Shown: positions 22,824 to 35,190 of the stretch, one piece after another
How positions within the stretch are numbered: position 1 is the first letter of the stretch
Layout: each line of letters begins with the position of its first letter
Assembly (NCBI RefSeq): GCF_006345805.1
Contig: NC_043001.1
Span: 129,394,001-129,458,000 of the forward strand
Length of the DNA: 64,000 nt
Origin: Octopus sinensis
Lineage: Eukaryota
Direction of reading: 5' to 3'
Program-made: the position numbers and the translations under genes
Notes under the pieces: model-generated
What the model was told of the DNA's origin: nothing
Seen by the model: only the letters and a program-made list of their open reading frames with translations
The model's database searches: none

Positions 22824-24698
22824 TATATCATTAAATTTGCTAAAGTGGCCTTGTATGTATGTTTATATGAATGTATGTATATTTATGTGTGTGTGCATGT
22901 GTGTGCGTGTGTGTGTGCACATGTGCATGTGTGTGTACACACATACACACATGTAAATTATGATTGTCAGTTTGAAGGTTTAATTCTTTGACCAGGTAAA
23001 AACGAAATGTCCTTGAACAATGCTCTTCATTTTACATTGCTCCACTAAATTCAACTTAAAATGAGTTCCTGTGGCTTCTGGGAATGGTATCTGTAACAGA
23101 ATGGCATTCATCAAATACCTTGAAAATCTGGATAGCTCCAGATTCAAGATCCTATAAGCTCAAGGTAGATTAGCTCATTTGAGATATTTCCTCCTGGCCA
23201 TTTCTTTTCGCAATTTTACAAATGGAAATACATATATTTGACAAAGTCCTTTGAAACTCTTATTCTCCATGTAAAATTCTCTCCCAGCTGATCAAAGCAG
23301 GCTTGAAAAAATTATCTTTCTGATGAGGGTTGATAAGATGGAAACGTGTTTGTAGGTGTCATGTTGCCAGCTATCAAAACAAAATATAGATAATTTTCTC
23401 TAAGCATAAAAACTGAATTTTCTTACAAACTAATTTATTATTTCTTGGAATTATCTCCCTTTTGATATTCACTAATATTTGTCAGTAAGTCTTTGCTTAT
23501 TTTTTCCAACTAAGAAACAGATACCAATTCATTAAGAATTTTTTGTGCATGCCATTCAGTAGATCCTCATTTACTTGATTTATCTAAATTCATGCTGCTG
23601 GTCCACTTGATTTATTTCCCTTAGCTCACTCTCTGTAATTATCTAAACACTAACTTAACTTTTGTTTTCTTTTAGTTAATGCTGATGGCATCTCTGAGAT
23701 TGAAGTAGTTGAGTTTAGTATGACCTAATGGTAATGTAGTATGTATTTTTTCTGTTATTTAAAAATTTTTTATTGTGGTAATAGAAAAGATAGAAAATAA
23801 AAATAGAGAAAAGAAAAAAAATTGGAACTGACAGATCAAAAATTATAGAAATACAAAAAGGAGCTGAAGAGGCATAAATAATCCAAAATATTATTCTTTT
23901 TTGAAAGGCAATACCAATACTAACAGATCATTTAAAAACACTTTCAATATATCAAAGGTGGAAGCAATCAAATAACCATTTTTTATTATTATTTCTTCAG
24001 TTTTTTTCTCTCATATTTTCATCTTGAAAAGTCAAGAGGAAAACTGAAGAAAAATTAACAAAAAAAAAAAAAATATATATAAATAAATTAAATTAAAAAC
24101 GCAAAAAATAATCCGAGAAGTTTTACATCAAATGTATTCAATTTTAAGTTGAGCTTTTTAAAAAGAAATCTTTCAAGTCTGTGGCATTCTCTAATGTCAG
24201 TAAATTTGTCTATAGAAGGAAAAGAAGAGACAAGGGTGAAGTCATCACCATCATCATCATCATTATTATTATTGTTTGCCTACAGCATAACACTCACTTT
24301 CACAAGACCTTGCAAAGCCTGAGAAATTATGAAGCTATCATAGCTTCAGGTTTGTTCTGATCAAACAGACCTATGATCAAAGTTGTTTCAGCCAACATCA
24401 CATAATCTTTTTGTACAACTATGACTAACACTCGTGTGTGTTGTATAATTTTTTTTTAAGAAAATAAAAAGTGTAATTTGAGTGAGACTTGACTGCCATT
24501 TCTAGCAAGTTATGATAGCTAGATTCTGGTAGCCACCATCTGGTAGCTAGATGGAATCTAGCTACCAGATGGAAACTTCTTCACTGAATTTTGTTAATTG
24601 ACCTAGGACAACATTCTCTCAAGATCGGAGGTCTTTTGTTTGCCTGGAGATCCTTTCATTACAACTGGCATTCAATCCACCGCTAAACACAGATTTGT

Positions 24699-24740
24699 AG
24701 TTATGTACAGGGTGGTGTTCATGCAAAGAGTTCAGGCCAT
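24699..24740. repeat. 42-bp exact direct repeat, copy 1
   Basis: agttatgtacagggtggtgttcatgcaaagagttcaggccat, identical to 25705-25746. Confidence 0.95.
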
Positions 24741-24876
24741 TTCCGGTCGAGAGAGACTTTGAACCGAGCGGTCGTCAGCATCTTCACTATATAAACAGAA
24801 ATATTCCATGGGTGTTGTCAGCATATATAAATATACATACTGGTCATGGCAGTCCAATTTCATTTTGTCATAGGTG

Positions 24877-25050
24877 CAGGTGTAGTTGTGTCGTTAAGAA
24901 GCTTGCTTCCCAACCATGTGATCTTAGGTTCAATCTCTCTGCATCTTGGGCAAGTGTCTTCCACTATAGCTGTGGGCCAACCAAACAAATCCTTATGTGT
25001 GGATCTGGTAGACAGAAACTGAAAGAAACCCATCACATACCTACGTATGT
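24877..25050 (+). mobile_element. Old family A SINE 5' half
   Basis: gcaggtgtagttgtgtcgttaagaagcttgc...cttgggcaagtgtctt...gaaactgaaagaaaccc. Confidence 0.75.
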
Positions 25051-25132
25051 ATGTATGTATGTATGTATGTATGTATGTATGTATGTATGTATGTATGTAT
25101 GTGTGTATGTAAGTATGTATGTATGTGTTATA

Positions 25133-25347
25133 GGTGGCTGTGTGCCGGGTGAAATACGTAGCTGTATTTTGTCTGCCGCTACGTTCTGAGTTCAAATTCC
25201 GCCAAGGTCGACTTTGCCTTTCATCCTTTTGGGGTCGATTAAATAAGTACCAGTTACGCACTGGGGTCGATATAACCGACTTAATCCCTTTGTCTGTCCT
25301 TGTTTGTCCCTTCTGTGTTTAGCCCCTTGTGGGTAGTAAAAGAAATA
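25133..25347 (+). mobile_element. Family B SINE, head partly lost
   Basis: gccgggtgaaatacg...gtcgactttgcctttcatcc...gtgggtagtaaaagaaata. Confidence 0.88.
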
Positions 25348-25704
25348 GGTATTAAGCTCTATTGGCAGCCTTTATCATGAATAAACACTGGTTGCCTGGA
25401 GAAGAGAGACTTACTTGCTTGGACAACTTCTTGTTTTCCTCAGATAAGAAAATATTGCCCTGGTTTGCAAATACAAGGACAGATGCATGGTTGATCTTGA
25501 CTGATGGAGGGCCTTACCTAGGAAGGGCTCAGGGAGATGTCATATTCTTTTATCATTTGCAAGAACCATAAAAACTGTAGGTGAGCACAAAGCAGAACAA
25601 TGTTTAGAGAGAAAACAAAGAAAATGAAATGGAATTAGGTGCTGTATAAAATATATATATAGACAATACCAAAACTATATATATAGACAATACCAAGGAC
25701 ATGG

Positions 25705-25746
25705 AGTTATGTACAGGGTGGTGTTCATGCAAAGAGTTCAGGCCAT
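25705..25746. repeat. 42-bp exact direct repeat, copy 2
   Basis: Identical to 24699-24740. Confidence 0.95.
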
Positions 25747-27231
25747 GTCCTCCTATATGGCCTTGCTTTTTGCTTTTTGAACCAAAAAATTAACTAAATA
25801 AACTAAAACTAAATTTCACATTTTCTGCTTTACAAAACAGAAATCATATTGACATTTAAACATACAGTTATTACATGATTAAGATTTTCTTTTTATCATA
25901 GAATTAACCATATCCTTATCAAAATTCGCAGTGCATACATATGGGCAAGTGTTTTATGTGAAAGCATCAGTGTTTGAAAACACGTGCCAGTGTGTATGTG
26001 AGTGTGGCTGTATGCTTTAATTTCTTTCTTTTTTTCTCTACATATTACCCTCTCACCATCTCTTCAGAACTGTATCCAAGAAGTAAAGATCTATTTTACT
26101 GTAAACATCACTTTATTCCAACTCCCTTTTCTCCCCCACCCCCACTTTTTACCTTCTATACACTACACTGTTGTCCTCGTTTTTTTTTGGTGAATTTTGT
26201 ATTTTTGTATAAATACATTTTTACTTCCTAAATGACTAAATGAGAAAACTTAGCAATTAAATGAATAAATAAATAAATGAACAAACAAATAAATAAATAA
26301 GTAAAAAAGCTAAAAGATTGTCCAAAAATTTAATAACCAGTACCATTTAACAAAATGGTGTGTAATTTCCATGTAAAATATTTCTTCTTGCCAACAGAAT
26401 GTAATTCCTGTTTGGAAAACTATTAGTGCTTTTCTTTGCTTCTCTACCATATTGTTACTTTTAGTTTCAAAAATTATTTTTTTAAACATTCCTGTAGTTA
26501 TTATTAGTAATATTTATAGTTATTATTTTTTTTTGGGGGGGGGGTTCTTTAATATAATTATTCAAATCTCCAAGTATAGTAAATGTGCAGAAATTATAAC
26601 TTTCTCTAGGAAATTTTTCAAAAAAAAAAAAAAAATTAAAAAAGAAAAAAGATGTTTCTTTTACAGTTCTTCTTTTGGTTAATTTTGTTTTGGTTTTATT
26701 ACAAAAGTCATTACAAAATGAAAAATAAACTATGATAATTACATTTAGCTTTTTTGCAGGGGTTTTCATCTCTCCCTCTCTCTCTCTTTTTTTTTTTTTT
26801 GCAATTCAATAGTTTGCAAAAGAGAGTCTAGCCTAGCCTTTTCCTACATTAACATCTAATGAGTTTCACCTGTTTGTATTTTTTTTTTTACTTTTAACAA
26901 CCTATCTCTCTATGCATCCATCTCTTTATCTTTTCTTTTTCTATTTATCTTCACACTCTCAAAATTATCTTGCTATTGTCTTCTTTATCCACATTATTAT
27001 CATAAACATCACCATTTTAACATCTAGTTTTGTGCTCTGGTACAGGTCATCAGAACAGCACATAGGACTACCTTATACATAGTTTTTCCTGCTATTGAAG
27101 ACAGTAGTGTGCAACACAAAGGAGATGTGGATGTTATTTCAAACAAACTAAGCACATAAAAGCCTACACCCATTAGTGTTGAACCAGGGTAGCATGTTGA
27201 GTCTGAATATGATGAAGTATGTTATTCAATG

Positions 27232-27360
27232 GTGAGCTGGCAGAAACGTTAGCACACCAGGCGAAATGCTTAGCAGTATTTTGTTTGCCGCTACATTCTG
27301 AGTTCAAGGTCCACTTTGCCTTTCATTCTTTCGGGGTCGTTAAACGATGATGATGATGAT
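27232..27360 (+). mobile_element. Chimera: family B 5' half fused to a ttaaac(gat)n tail
   Basis: The B body stops at tttcggggtcg and is followed directly by ttaaacgatgatgatgatgat, the family C terminus. Confidence 0.75.
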
Positions 27361-27719
27361 GTGTGAGTTATAGATTTAGTTTATGCAATCGTGGAAGCTG
27401 TGGTTAGAATAGGAAGAAAAGCTAAAAGAGTAAAGAATAATCAATTATTTTCTTATGTTTTGTGACAGTTAGATGGCTCCAGTACAGCTTTAGATAAAAA
27501 AAAAAAATCAATGGGGTCAGCTTTGCTATTCATCCATCATGGTTTGATAAAATAAAGTACCATTAAAATACTTAGGATCTTTCTAATTAACTGGAGTTTC
27601 CCAACAAAATTGTCTTTGTTAGGAATCAATACTAGCTAGATCCATTGCTATTATTGTTATTTGAACAGGTCTAGTAACAAAGTGCCAGTTCTAAATAACT
27701 AGAACTAAATTTGGAGTAT

Positions 27720-27767
<48 letters not shown>

Positions 27768-27789
27768 AAACACATAAATACTATTTGTC

Positions 27790-27910
27790 ACAACTGCCCA
27801 ACGAACAGGAATGTGAAACTGAGTAACAGTTCTGTGATAATTCTGTAGCTTTAATAAAAAGTATATCACTCTACCTTTGGTATTTGTGTACTATTTTTTC
27901 CACTTTATTT
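27790..27910 (+). mobile_element. Fragment carrying the 3' half of a hammerhead-like motif
   Basis: ggaatgtGAAAC-tga-GTA-acag at 27808-27829; related to 28210-28400. Confidence 0.45.
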
Positions 27911-27999
27911 TGCACTTGTGTGTATATACATATACTTGCGTGTGTGTAAGAGTGTTGTGTTGGGTGTGGGTGTATATATATATATATATATCGCCATGT

Positions 28000-28200
28000 T
28001 GATTCGTTAGTAGCCACGCATTTTTTTTCTCTCCTTCTTTCTGTGTTTTTTTTCTCTCTGTGTATCTTCTGTTGAAGAGCGTAGGCTCGAAACGTTAAAG
28101 ACTTGTTTTATTTATATTTCCTGAGCGCCATACTAATACAATTGTTCGTTTGTTTTCCACCTGCCTTCGTCTTTTGTCTATTTTCATAAAGCTTCCCGTT
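28000..28200 (+). mobile_element. Short hammerhead-motif element (family G)
   Basis: 28065-28100: tcttCTGTTGA-A-GAGC-GTAG-GCTC-GAAAC-GTT-aaag; TA runs at both ends. Confidence 0.7.
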
Positions 28201-28209
28201 ATATATATA

Positions 28210-28400
28210 TTTACTTTGTTTAAAAGCAGCAGAAATTCAACAAAACCTGTTACTCGGAGTTTCACATTCCCGTTTGTTGGACAGTTTTGCTAAAAACAAA
28301 ATGTTGAATTTCTGCTGCTTGTAAATAAAGCATATTACTCTACCCCTGGTATTGGAGTACTCTTTTTTCCACCTTGTTTCACATTTATGTGTTTACTCCG
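28210..28400. mobile_element. Element end with an inverted segment (19-bp IR) containing a hammerhead 3' half
   Basis: aagcagcagaaattcaaca (28224-28242) / tgttgaatttctgctgctt (28302-28320); the inverted part reads GAAAC-tccga-GTA-acagg on minus. Confidence 0.55.
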
Positions 28401-28419
28401 GTATACATACATATATATA

Positions 28420-28675
28420 TATCATCATCATCATCGTTTAATGTCTGTTTTCCATGCTAGCATGGGTTGGACAGTTCAACTGGGGTCTGGGAAGCCCGAA
28501 GGCTGCATCAGGCCAGTCAGATCTGGCAGTGTTTCTACAGCTGGATGCTCTTCCTAACGCTAACCACTCCGTGAGTGTAGTGGGTGCTTTTTATGTGCCA
28601 CTGACACAGGTCCCAGACGAGGCTGGCAAACGGCCACGATTGGATGGTGCTTTTTACGTGCCACCAGCATGGAGA
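28420..28675 (-). mobile_element. Family C element
   Basis: (atc)n-gtttaatgtctgttttccatgctagcatggg...gtgccacc twice. Confidence 0.9.
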
Positions 28676-29092
28676 AAAGCTTTGTAAAAATTTTTTGATG
28701 CAGTCACAATAATTAAGGAAGGATTTTTTAAAAAAGTCATTAACTATCTAAAAATGTATTTCATTTAACAGAATACCTCTAACATCTGTTGAAGAAGTTT
28801 GTGTAGTGTGTATTTTGTGTGTAAGCACTTTCGTTGTTCAACTTATACACACACACAACACACACACATATATTCTTTTACACACACACACACACGTACA
28901 CACACATGAATCTTACATTCTGAGTTAAAACCTTACCACTGTCTACTTAGAATTTCATTACTATGAGGTCAATGTGTTAAGTACAATTGATTTATCGGTG
29001 TTGATTAAACTGACAACACAAGCATAGTATAGCTAAGAAAATGACTTTGGGGTAAGGCTGCTCAAAATTTGACCTCACTACATGGCAACTCA

Positions 29093-29124
<32 letters not shown>

Positions 29125-29224
29125 TACACACATGCACATACACACACACACACAAATATGTGTGCGTGTATGTGCGTGTGTGAGGGTTTGTGTGATATTA
29201 TATGTGTGTGTGTGTGTGTATGTA

Positions 29225-29362
29225 TATATCATCATCATCATTGTTTAACTATGCTATCATCCATGCTAGCATGGGTTGGACGATTCGACCGGGGTCTGGG
29301 AAGCAGGAGGCTGCACCATTGTTTCTACAGCTGGATGCTCTTCCTAACGCCAACCACTCCAT
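29225..29362 (-). mobile_element. Family C fragment
   Basis: ccatgctagcatgggttggacg...ggatgctcttcctaacgccaaccactcc. Confidence 0.8.
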
Positions 29363-29474
29363 ATATGTAAATATATATTCATATATATATATATATATAT
29401 ATATATACTATATATATATATATATAATATATATATATATATATACGTATATATATATATATATATATATATAC

Positions 29475-29580
<106 letters not shown>

Positions 29581-29984
29581 TTTATATACATGCATACACA
29601 TACACAGATAATGTTTGTGTAGGTGTATCATTCTCTTGTATACATCACCAAAGAAATGAAACATTGGTATAGAAAACCTAATGTCCTGTGCTTTTTGAAA
29701 GAAATCCTTTATTAAATTTGTTCTGCCTTCAGCTACAGTCACTCCTATAGTACTCTCACCATCAATAATGCAGTGAACCATTGATTGGTCTGCTGGAGAC
29801 TTGTTACTGACAATATACTATCCACAAACTGCAATATGAAATATAATAAATGAAAAGTATTTAGAACTCTGAGGCGTGTGGCAATGTAAGAAACCATCAT
29901 TTAAAAAAGAAAATTTAAACACAATATAAGCAGTGTTACTTTTTTACCATTCTTCTTTCTCTTTTACCTTATCTATCTGTCCGT

Positions 29985-30950
<966 letters not shown>

Positions 30951-31705
30951 TAAGAAATGGTATTTCTTCTCATATCGCAATGAATGAGTATATTTTGTTG
31001 AGTGTATGTGTGACTATATATGTATGTATATAATGCCTTTTGTAGTTTTTTTTTTAAATAGCAGAGTGTGGGGTCAGATATAAAGTTGGTGGGTAAGGTA
31101 TATTTTATACATTAAATTTTTTTTTTAATTCATGATTCTCACAAAGTATTAATTAAAAGAATTTAGTATGCTTTGATATTATGAAAAATTAATGGACTAT
31201 ATATTGCCAACAGGTTGAATCCATATAGTTGATTAATTTTTGTTTTAGACAGAAAAAAAAAAAACAGAAAAAGCACCCTCTCCAAAACACACACACACAC
31301 ACACACACAAAATTTAAAAAAAAAACAATACAAAAAAAATTAAAATCAATCAATGCTTACTAATTTCAATGTAATGTCATATTTCACAAGCTGGGCGGAG
31401 GTGGGGGAAGGACAGAGGTAGGGGTTAAAGTGAGTGTGGATGGTGGTGGGGTGGGGTGGGCGATGGGAGGAGAGTATGGCACTGTTTAAAAAAAAAAAAA
31501 GAAGGAAATAATAATCAAGTTAGAGTTCTTAGATGTGATGAGATATTAAAGTTACTAAAAGAAAAACAGCATGTAGTGATACAATGATTCCTTGTCTTCT
31601 ATTTTTCTTTATATTCATGAAATCTAAGGCCAATTTTTGTAGGTGATGACCTGTTGTGTTGTTAGTAGTATTCACCACACTTTCCAGGATAGTTTATATA
31701 TATAT

Positions 31706-31936
31706 ATTTCTTTACTACCCACAAGGGGCTAAACACAGAGGGGACAAACAAGGACAGACAAAGGGATTAAGTCGACTACATCGACCCCAGTGCGTAACTG
31801 GTACTTAATTTATCGACCCCGAAAGGATGAAAGGCAAAGTCGACCTCGGCGGAATTTGAACTCGGAACGTAACGACAGACGAAATACGGCTACGAATTTC
31901 GCCCGGCGTGCTAACGTTTCTACCAGCTCGCCGCCT
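31706..31936 (-). mobile_element. Family B SINE
   Basis: atttctttactacccac...accagctcgccgcc. Confidence 0.93.
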
Positions 31937-31967
31937 TCATATATATATATATATATGCATAAATATA

Positions 31968-32371
31968 TACTCTTTTACTCTTTTACTTGTTTCAGTCATT
32001 TGACTACGGCCATGCTGAAGCACCGCCTTTTAATCGAGCAAATCGACCCCGGGACTTATTCTTTTGTAAGCCCAGTACTTATTCTATCGGTCTCTTTTGC
32101 CGAACCGCTGAGTAATGGGGACATAAACACACCAGCATCGGTTGTCAAGCAATGCTAGGGGGACAAACACAGACACACAAACACACGCACGCATATATAT
32201 GTACATATATACAACGGGCTTCTTTCAGTTTCCATCTACCAAATCCACTCACAAGGCTTTGGTCGGCCCGAGGCTATAGTAGAAGACACTTGCCCAAGGT
32301 GCCACGAAGTGGGACTGAACCCGGAACCATGTGGTTGGTAAACAAGCTACTTACCACACAGCCACTCCTGC
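31968..32371 (-). mobile_element. Family A SINE
   Basis: Full body, tail to ccactcctg. Confidence 0.93.
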
Positions 32372-32512
32372 ATATATATACATATAAATTTTTTTCTCAG
32401 AATGAGAAAAAATCCAAGGCTGTGAAGATTTTAGAACATTTAAAAATAGAAGGTCTTACAGGTGTTTTCGGGATATCTTTTATATCCCTTCATCTGAGAC
32501 AGTGTGAGAAAA

Positions 32513-32713
32513 TGGTTAAGCAATAGTTAATTTAGATAAGATATTAAATAGAGAATGAAGTGGAGGAATGAAAATAGATGTGAGATATGCAGGGATATTG
32601 TATTTGTAAATCCATTATTTAAATGCAATATCCCTGAATATCTCATATCTATTTTCATTCCTCTACTTCACTGTCTATTTAATATCTTATATAAATTAAC
32701 TATTACTTAACCA
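32513..32713. repeat. Fold-back element, 93-bp imperfect arms and 15-nt loop
   Basis: tggttaagcaatagttaatt...gggatattgtattt / aaatgcaatatccc...aattaactattacttaacca. Confidence 0.85.
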
Positions 32714-33084
32714 GACTGGCATTATTCAATGCCCTTACTGTAATTTACATACATATATATATATATATACATACACACACACACTTATATATACATACAT
32801 ACATACACACACATGTACATATATATATTGTTTATGTATCATATATCTGACAAAAGAAACACACTCTAAAACATAGTGCATAGTATTATGGATGGTCCAT
32901 CAGACTCCAATGATGAAGGTCACATACTGCTTCAAACTTTGAAGAGGTATATACAAAACCATTGGTCACTCTATGACTGGACATATACTTAACTGCAAAT
33001 ACATATGTACATACATACATACATACGCACATGTGTATGTATGTTTATATGTGTATGTGTATGTATGTGACCCCGTGAAGACCA

Positions 33085-33265
33085 CTTGCATTTTTTTTTT
33101 CCCTCTGTCCTCCCACCTCGGGATCTTTCCTTCTCCTATGTTTCCGACGAAGAGCTCTGCTCGAAACGTCATACCCTCCTTCTTCCCTTCTTTCCTGAGT
33201 GCCCAATAATACTTATTTGTTCCACATCCTCGCGTTGTTGTCTTTTTGTTTTCTTGTTTGGATTA

Positions 33266-33270
<5 letters not shown>
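33085..33270 (+). mobile_element. Short hammerhead-motif element (family G-related)
   Basis: 33140-33174: gttt-CCGACGA-A-GAGC-TCT-GCTC-GAAAC-GTC-atac; downstream cctgagtgcccaataatac resembles 28119-28140; ends in (TA)n. Confidence 0.7.
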
Positions 33271-33315
<45 letters not shown>

Positions 33316-33339
33316 TAACCAGCCCACTTATGCATACCT

Positions 33340-33881
33340 TTCCTTCATTGGACACTAAACTCTGTTTGCAAAGACCTGTTGAGGCAAGTGGAATTGAAAC
33401 CAAATTTGATCAGAGCATCCCATGACTGACATCTGTGCTAGTGGAGTGCTAAGAGCACCATCTGAGCATGACCGTTGCCAGGGCCGCTGACTGGCTTCTG
33501 TGCTGGTGGCACATAAAAAGCACCATTCAAGCGTGATCGTTACCATTATCGCGTTACTGGCACTTGTGCCAGTGGCACATGAAAAACAACATTTGAGCAA
33601 GGTCATTGCCAGTGCCGCTGGATTGGTTTCTGTGCAGGTGGCACGTAAAAAACACCATTTGAGCATGGCTGTTGCCACTACTGCTTGATTGGCCCTCGTG
33701 TCAGTGGAACATAAAAGCACCCACTACACTCTCGGAGTGGTTGGCGTTAGGATTGGCATCCAGCTGTAGAAACTCTGCCAGATCAGATCGGAGCCTGGTG
33801 CAGCCATCTGGTTCGCTAGTCCTCAGTCAAACCATCCAATCCATGCTAGCATGGAAAGCAGATGTTAAATGATGATGATGA

Positions 33882-33885
<4 letters not shown>
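33340..33885 (+). mobile_element. Longest family C copy, with about five ~60-65-bp internal tandem units
   Basis: Repeated gtg(c)..gtggcac(a/g)taaaaa(g)cacca units, then the C body and gttaaatgatgatg tail. Confidence 0.88.
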
Positions 33886-33914
<29 letters not shown>

Positions 33915-33915
<1 letters not shown>

Positions 33916-35190
33916 GAGGGGTGTTCAATAAGTAATGGCCCTGACCCTTCCCATTGCAGTAGAGAGCAACGAAACTTGGCACAGTATTAGTCTTTTTCTA
34001 CATAGGAACCACCCGACTTATGTATTTTTCCCATTGTTTGATGCAGCTCTGGAGACCGTTTTTGTAGAAGACCCCAGCTTGGTCCTCCAGCCACGACATG
34101 ATTTCAGAAATCAAGGCTTCAGAAATCAACGCTTTCCTTTCAAAAACAACTTCATGGCTGGGAAGAGGTGAAAATTAGAGGGTGCAAGGTCAGGAGAGTA
34201 GGGGGGATGGGGAGGAGTTCATAGCCGCACGCCTGTGCTTCTGACCTGGCGACACGCGAGTTGTGGACTGGAGCATTGTCCTGCAGGAGGAGGATGCCTT
34301 TGCTGATCTTGCCCCGCCTCTTGATTTTGATAGCTTCTCTTAATTTCCTCAAAAGTGAAGCATAATAGGCTCCTGTAATTCTGGTACCCTTTGCCAGGAA
34401 ATCTGTCATCACTACTCCGTCCTGGTCCTAGAAGACTGTGAGCATGACCTTGCCAGCGGAGGGCTGCACCCTCGCCTTCTTTGGAGGAGGTGAGTCATGG
34501 TGCTTCCACTGCATTGACTGGGCTTTGGTCTCTGGATCATAGTGATGGACCCAAGTTTCATCCTGTGTAATCAGTCTTTTGAAAAATTTTAACTCATCTT
34601 CTTTGCACATCTCCTCGAGCACTCAACGCGTTCTTGCTTCTGGAAAGGTGTGATCAACCTGGGAATCCATCTGGCAGACACCTTTTGCATATGCAAATGG
34701 TCATAAATGATAGTTTCCACAGACCCGGTACTAATCTTGACCTCATGGGCTACTTGGCGAATAGTTATGCGTCGATCTTCCAAAATGGCAGCCTCAACTT
34801 GATGGACAGATGCCTCATCAATGGCATGAGGGGGACGACCAGATTTGGGAGTTGTTTCCACAGAGTTCCAACCATGTTTGAATTCATGATGCCAGCGTTT
34901 TACAAGGTCATATGATGGGGCATCATCTCCATAAGTTACTTTCATTTCATCAAAAGTCTCCTATGGTGTGCGTCCTTTCAAATACAAAAACCGGATCACT
35001 GCTTGACACTCAACAGGCTCCATTTCACACTTGGCTCAGTTCAAACACCTGTAAATCAGAAACCACAATTAGTTCAGAGCTGTAATTTGCCACTTAATCT
35101 ATAGATACATAGCTAATTGCACAAGCAAAATTTCAGCTAGATTAAACAACTGCAAGTGGGTTAGAGGCATTACTTATTGAACGTCCCTCG
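33915..35190 (-). mobile_element. Full-length mariner transposon (1276 bp), non-functional
   Basis: TIRs cgaggggtgttcaataagtaatg / cattacttattgaacgtccctcg, each flanked by TA. Confidence 0.97.
33987..35023 (-). pseudogene. mariner transposase pseudogene
   Basis: MEPVECQAVIRFLYLKGRTP*ETFDEMK...SARWIPR...ITQDETWVHHYDPE...LLQDNAPVH...(H)PPYSPDLAP...GSYVEKD*; at least two premature stops and several frameshifts. Confidence 0.95.

Noticed and set aside
23320-23348. Hammerhead-like CTGATGAG...GAAACGTG
   Set aside because: No stem II complementarity, and GUG is not a cleavable triplet; chance or too decayed.
23685-23730. Plus-strand exon NADGISEIEVVEFSMT*
   Set aside because: Short, ends in a stop before a weak donor, has no linked upstream exon and no recognised homology.
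32496-32507. miR-1994-like tgagacagtgtg
   Set aside because: Only 12 nt match my recollection of the mature sequence and there is no hairpin partner.
33440-33730. CRISPR-like repeat-spacer array
   Set aside because: Units diverge along their whole length, the spacers are mutually homologous, there are no cas genes, and the array lies inside a eukaryotic retroposon.
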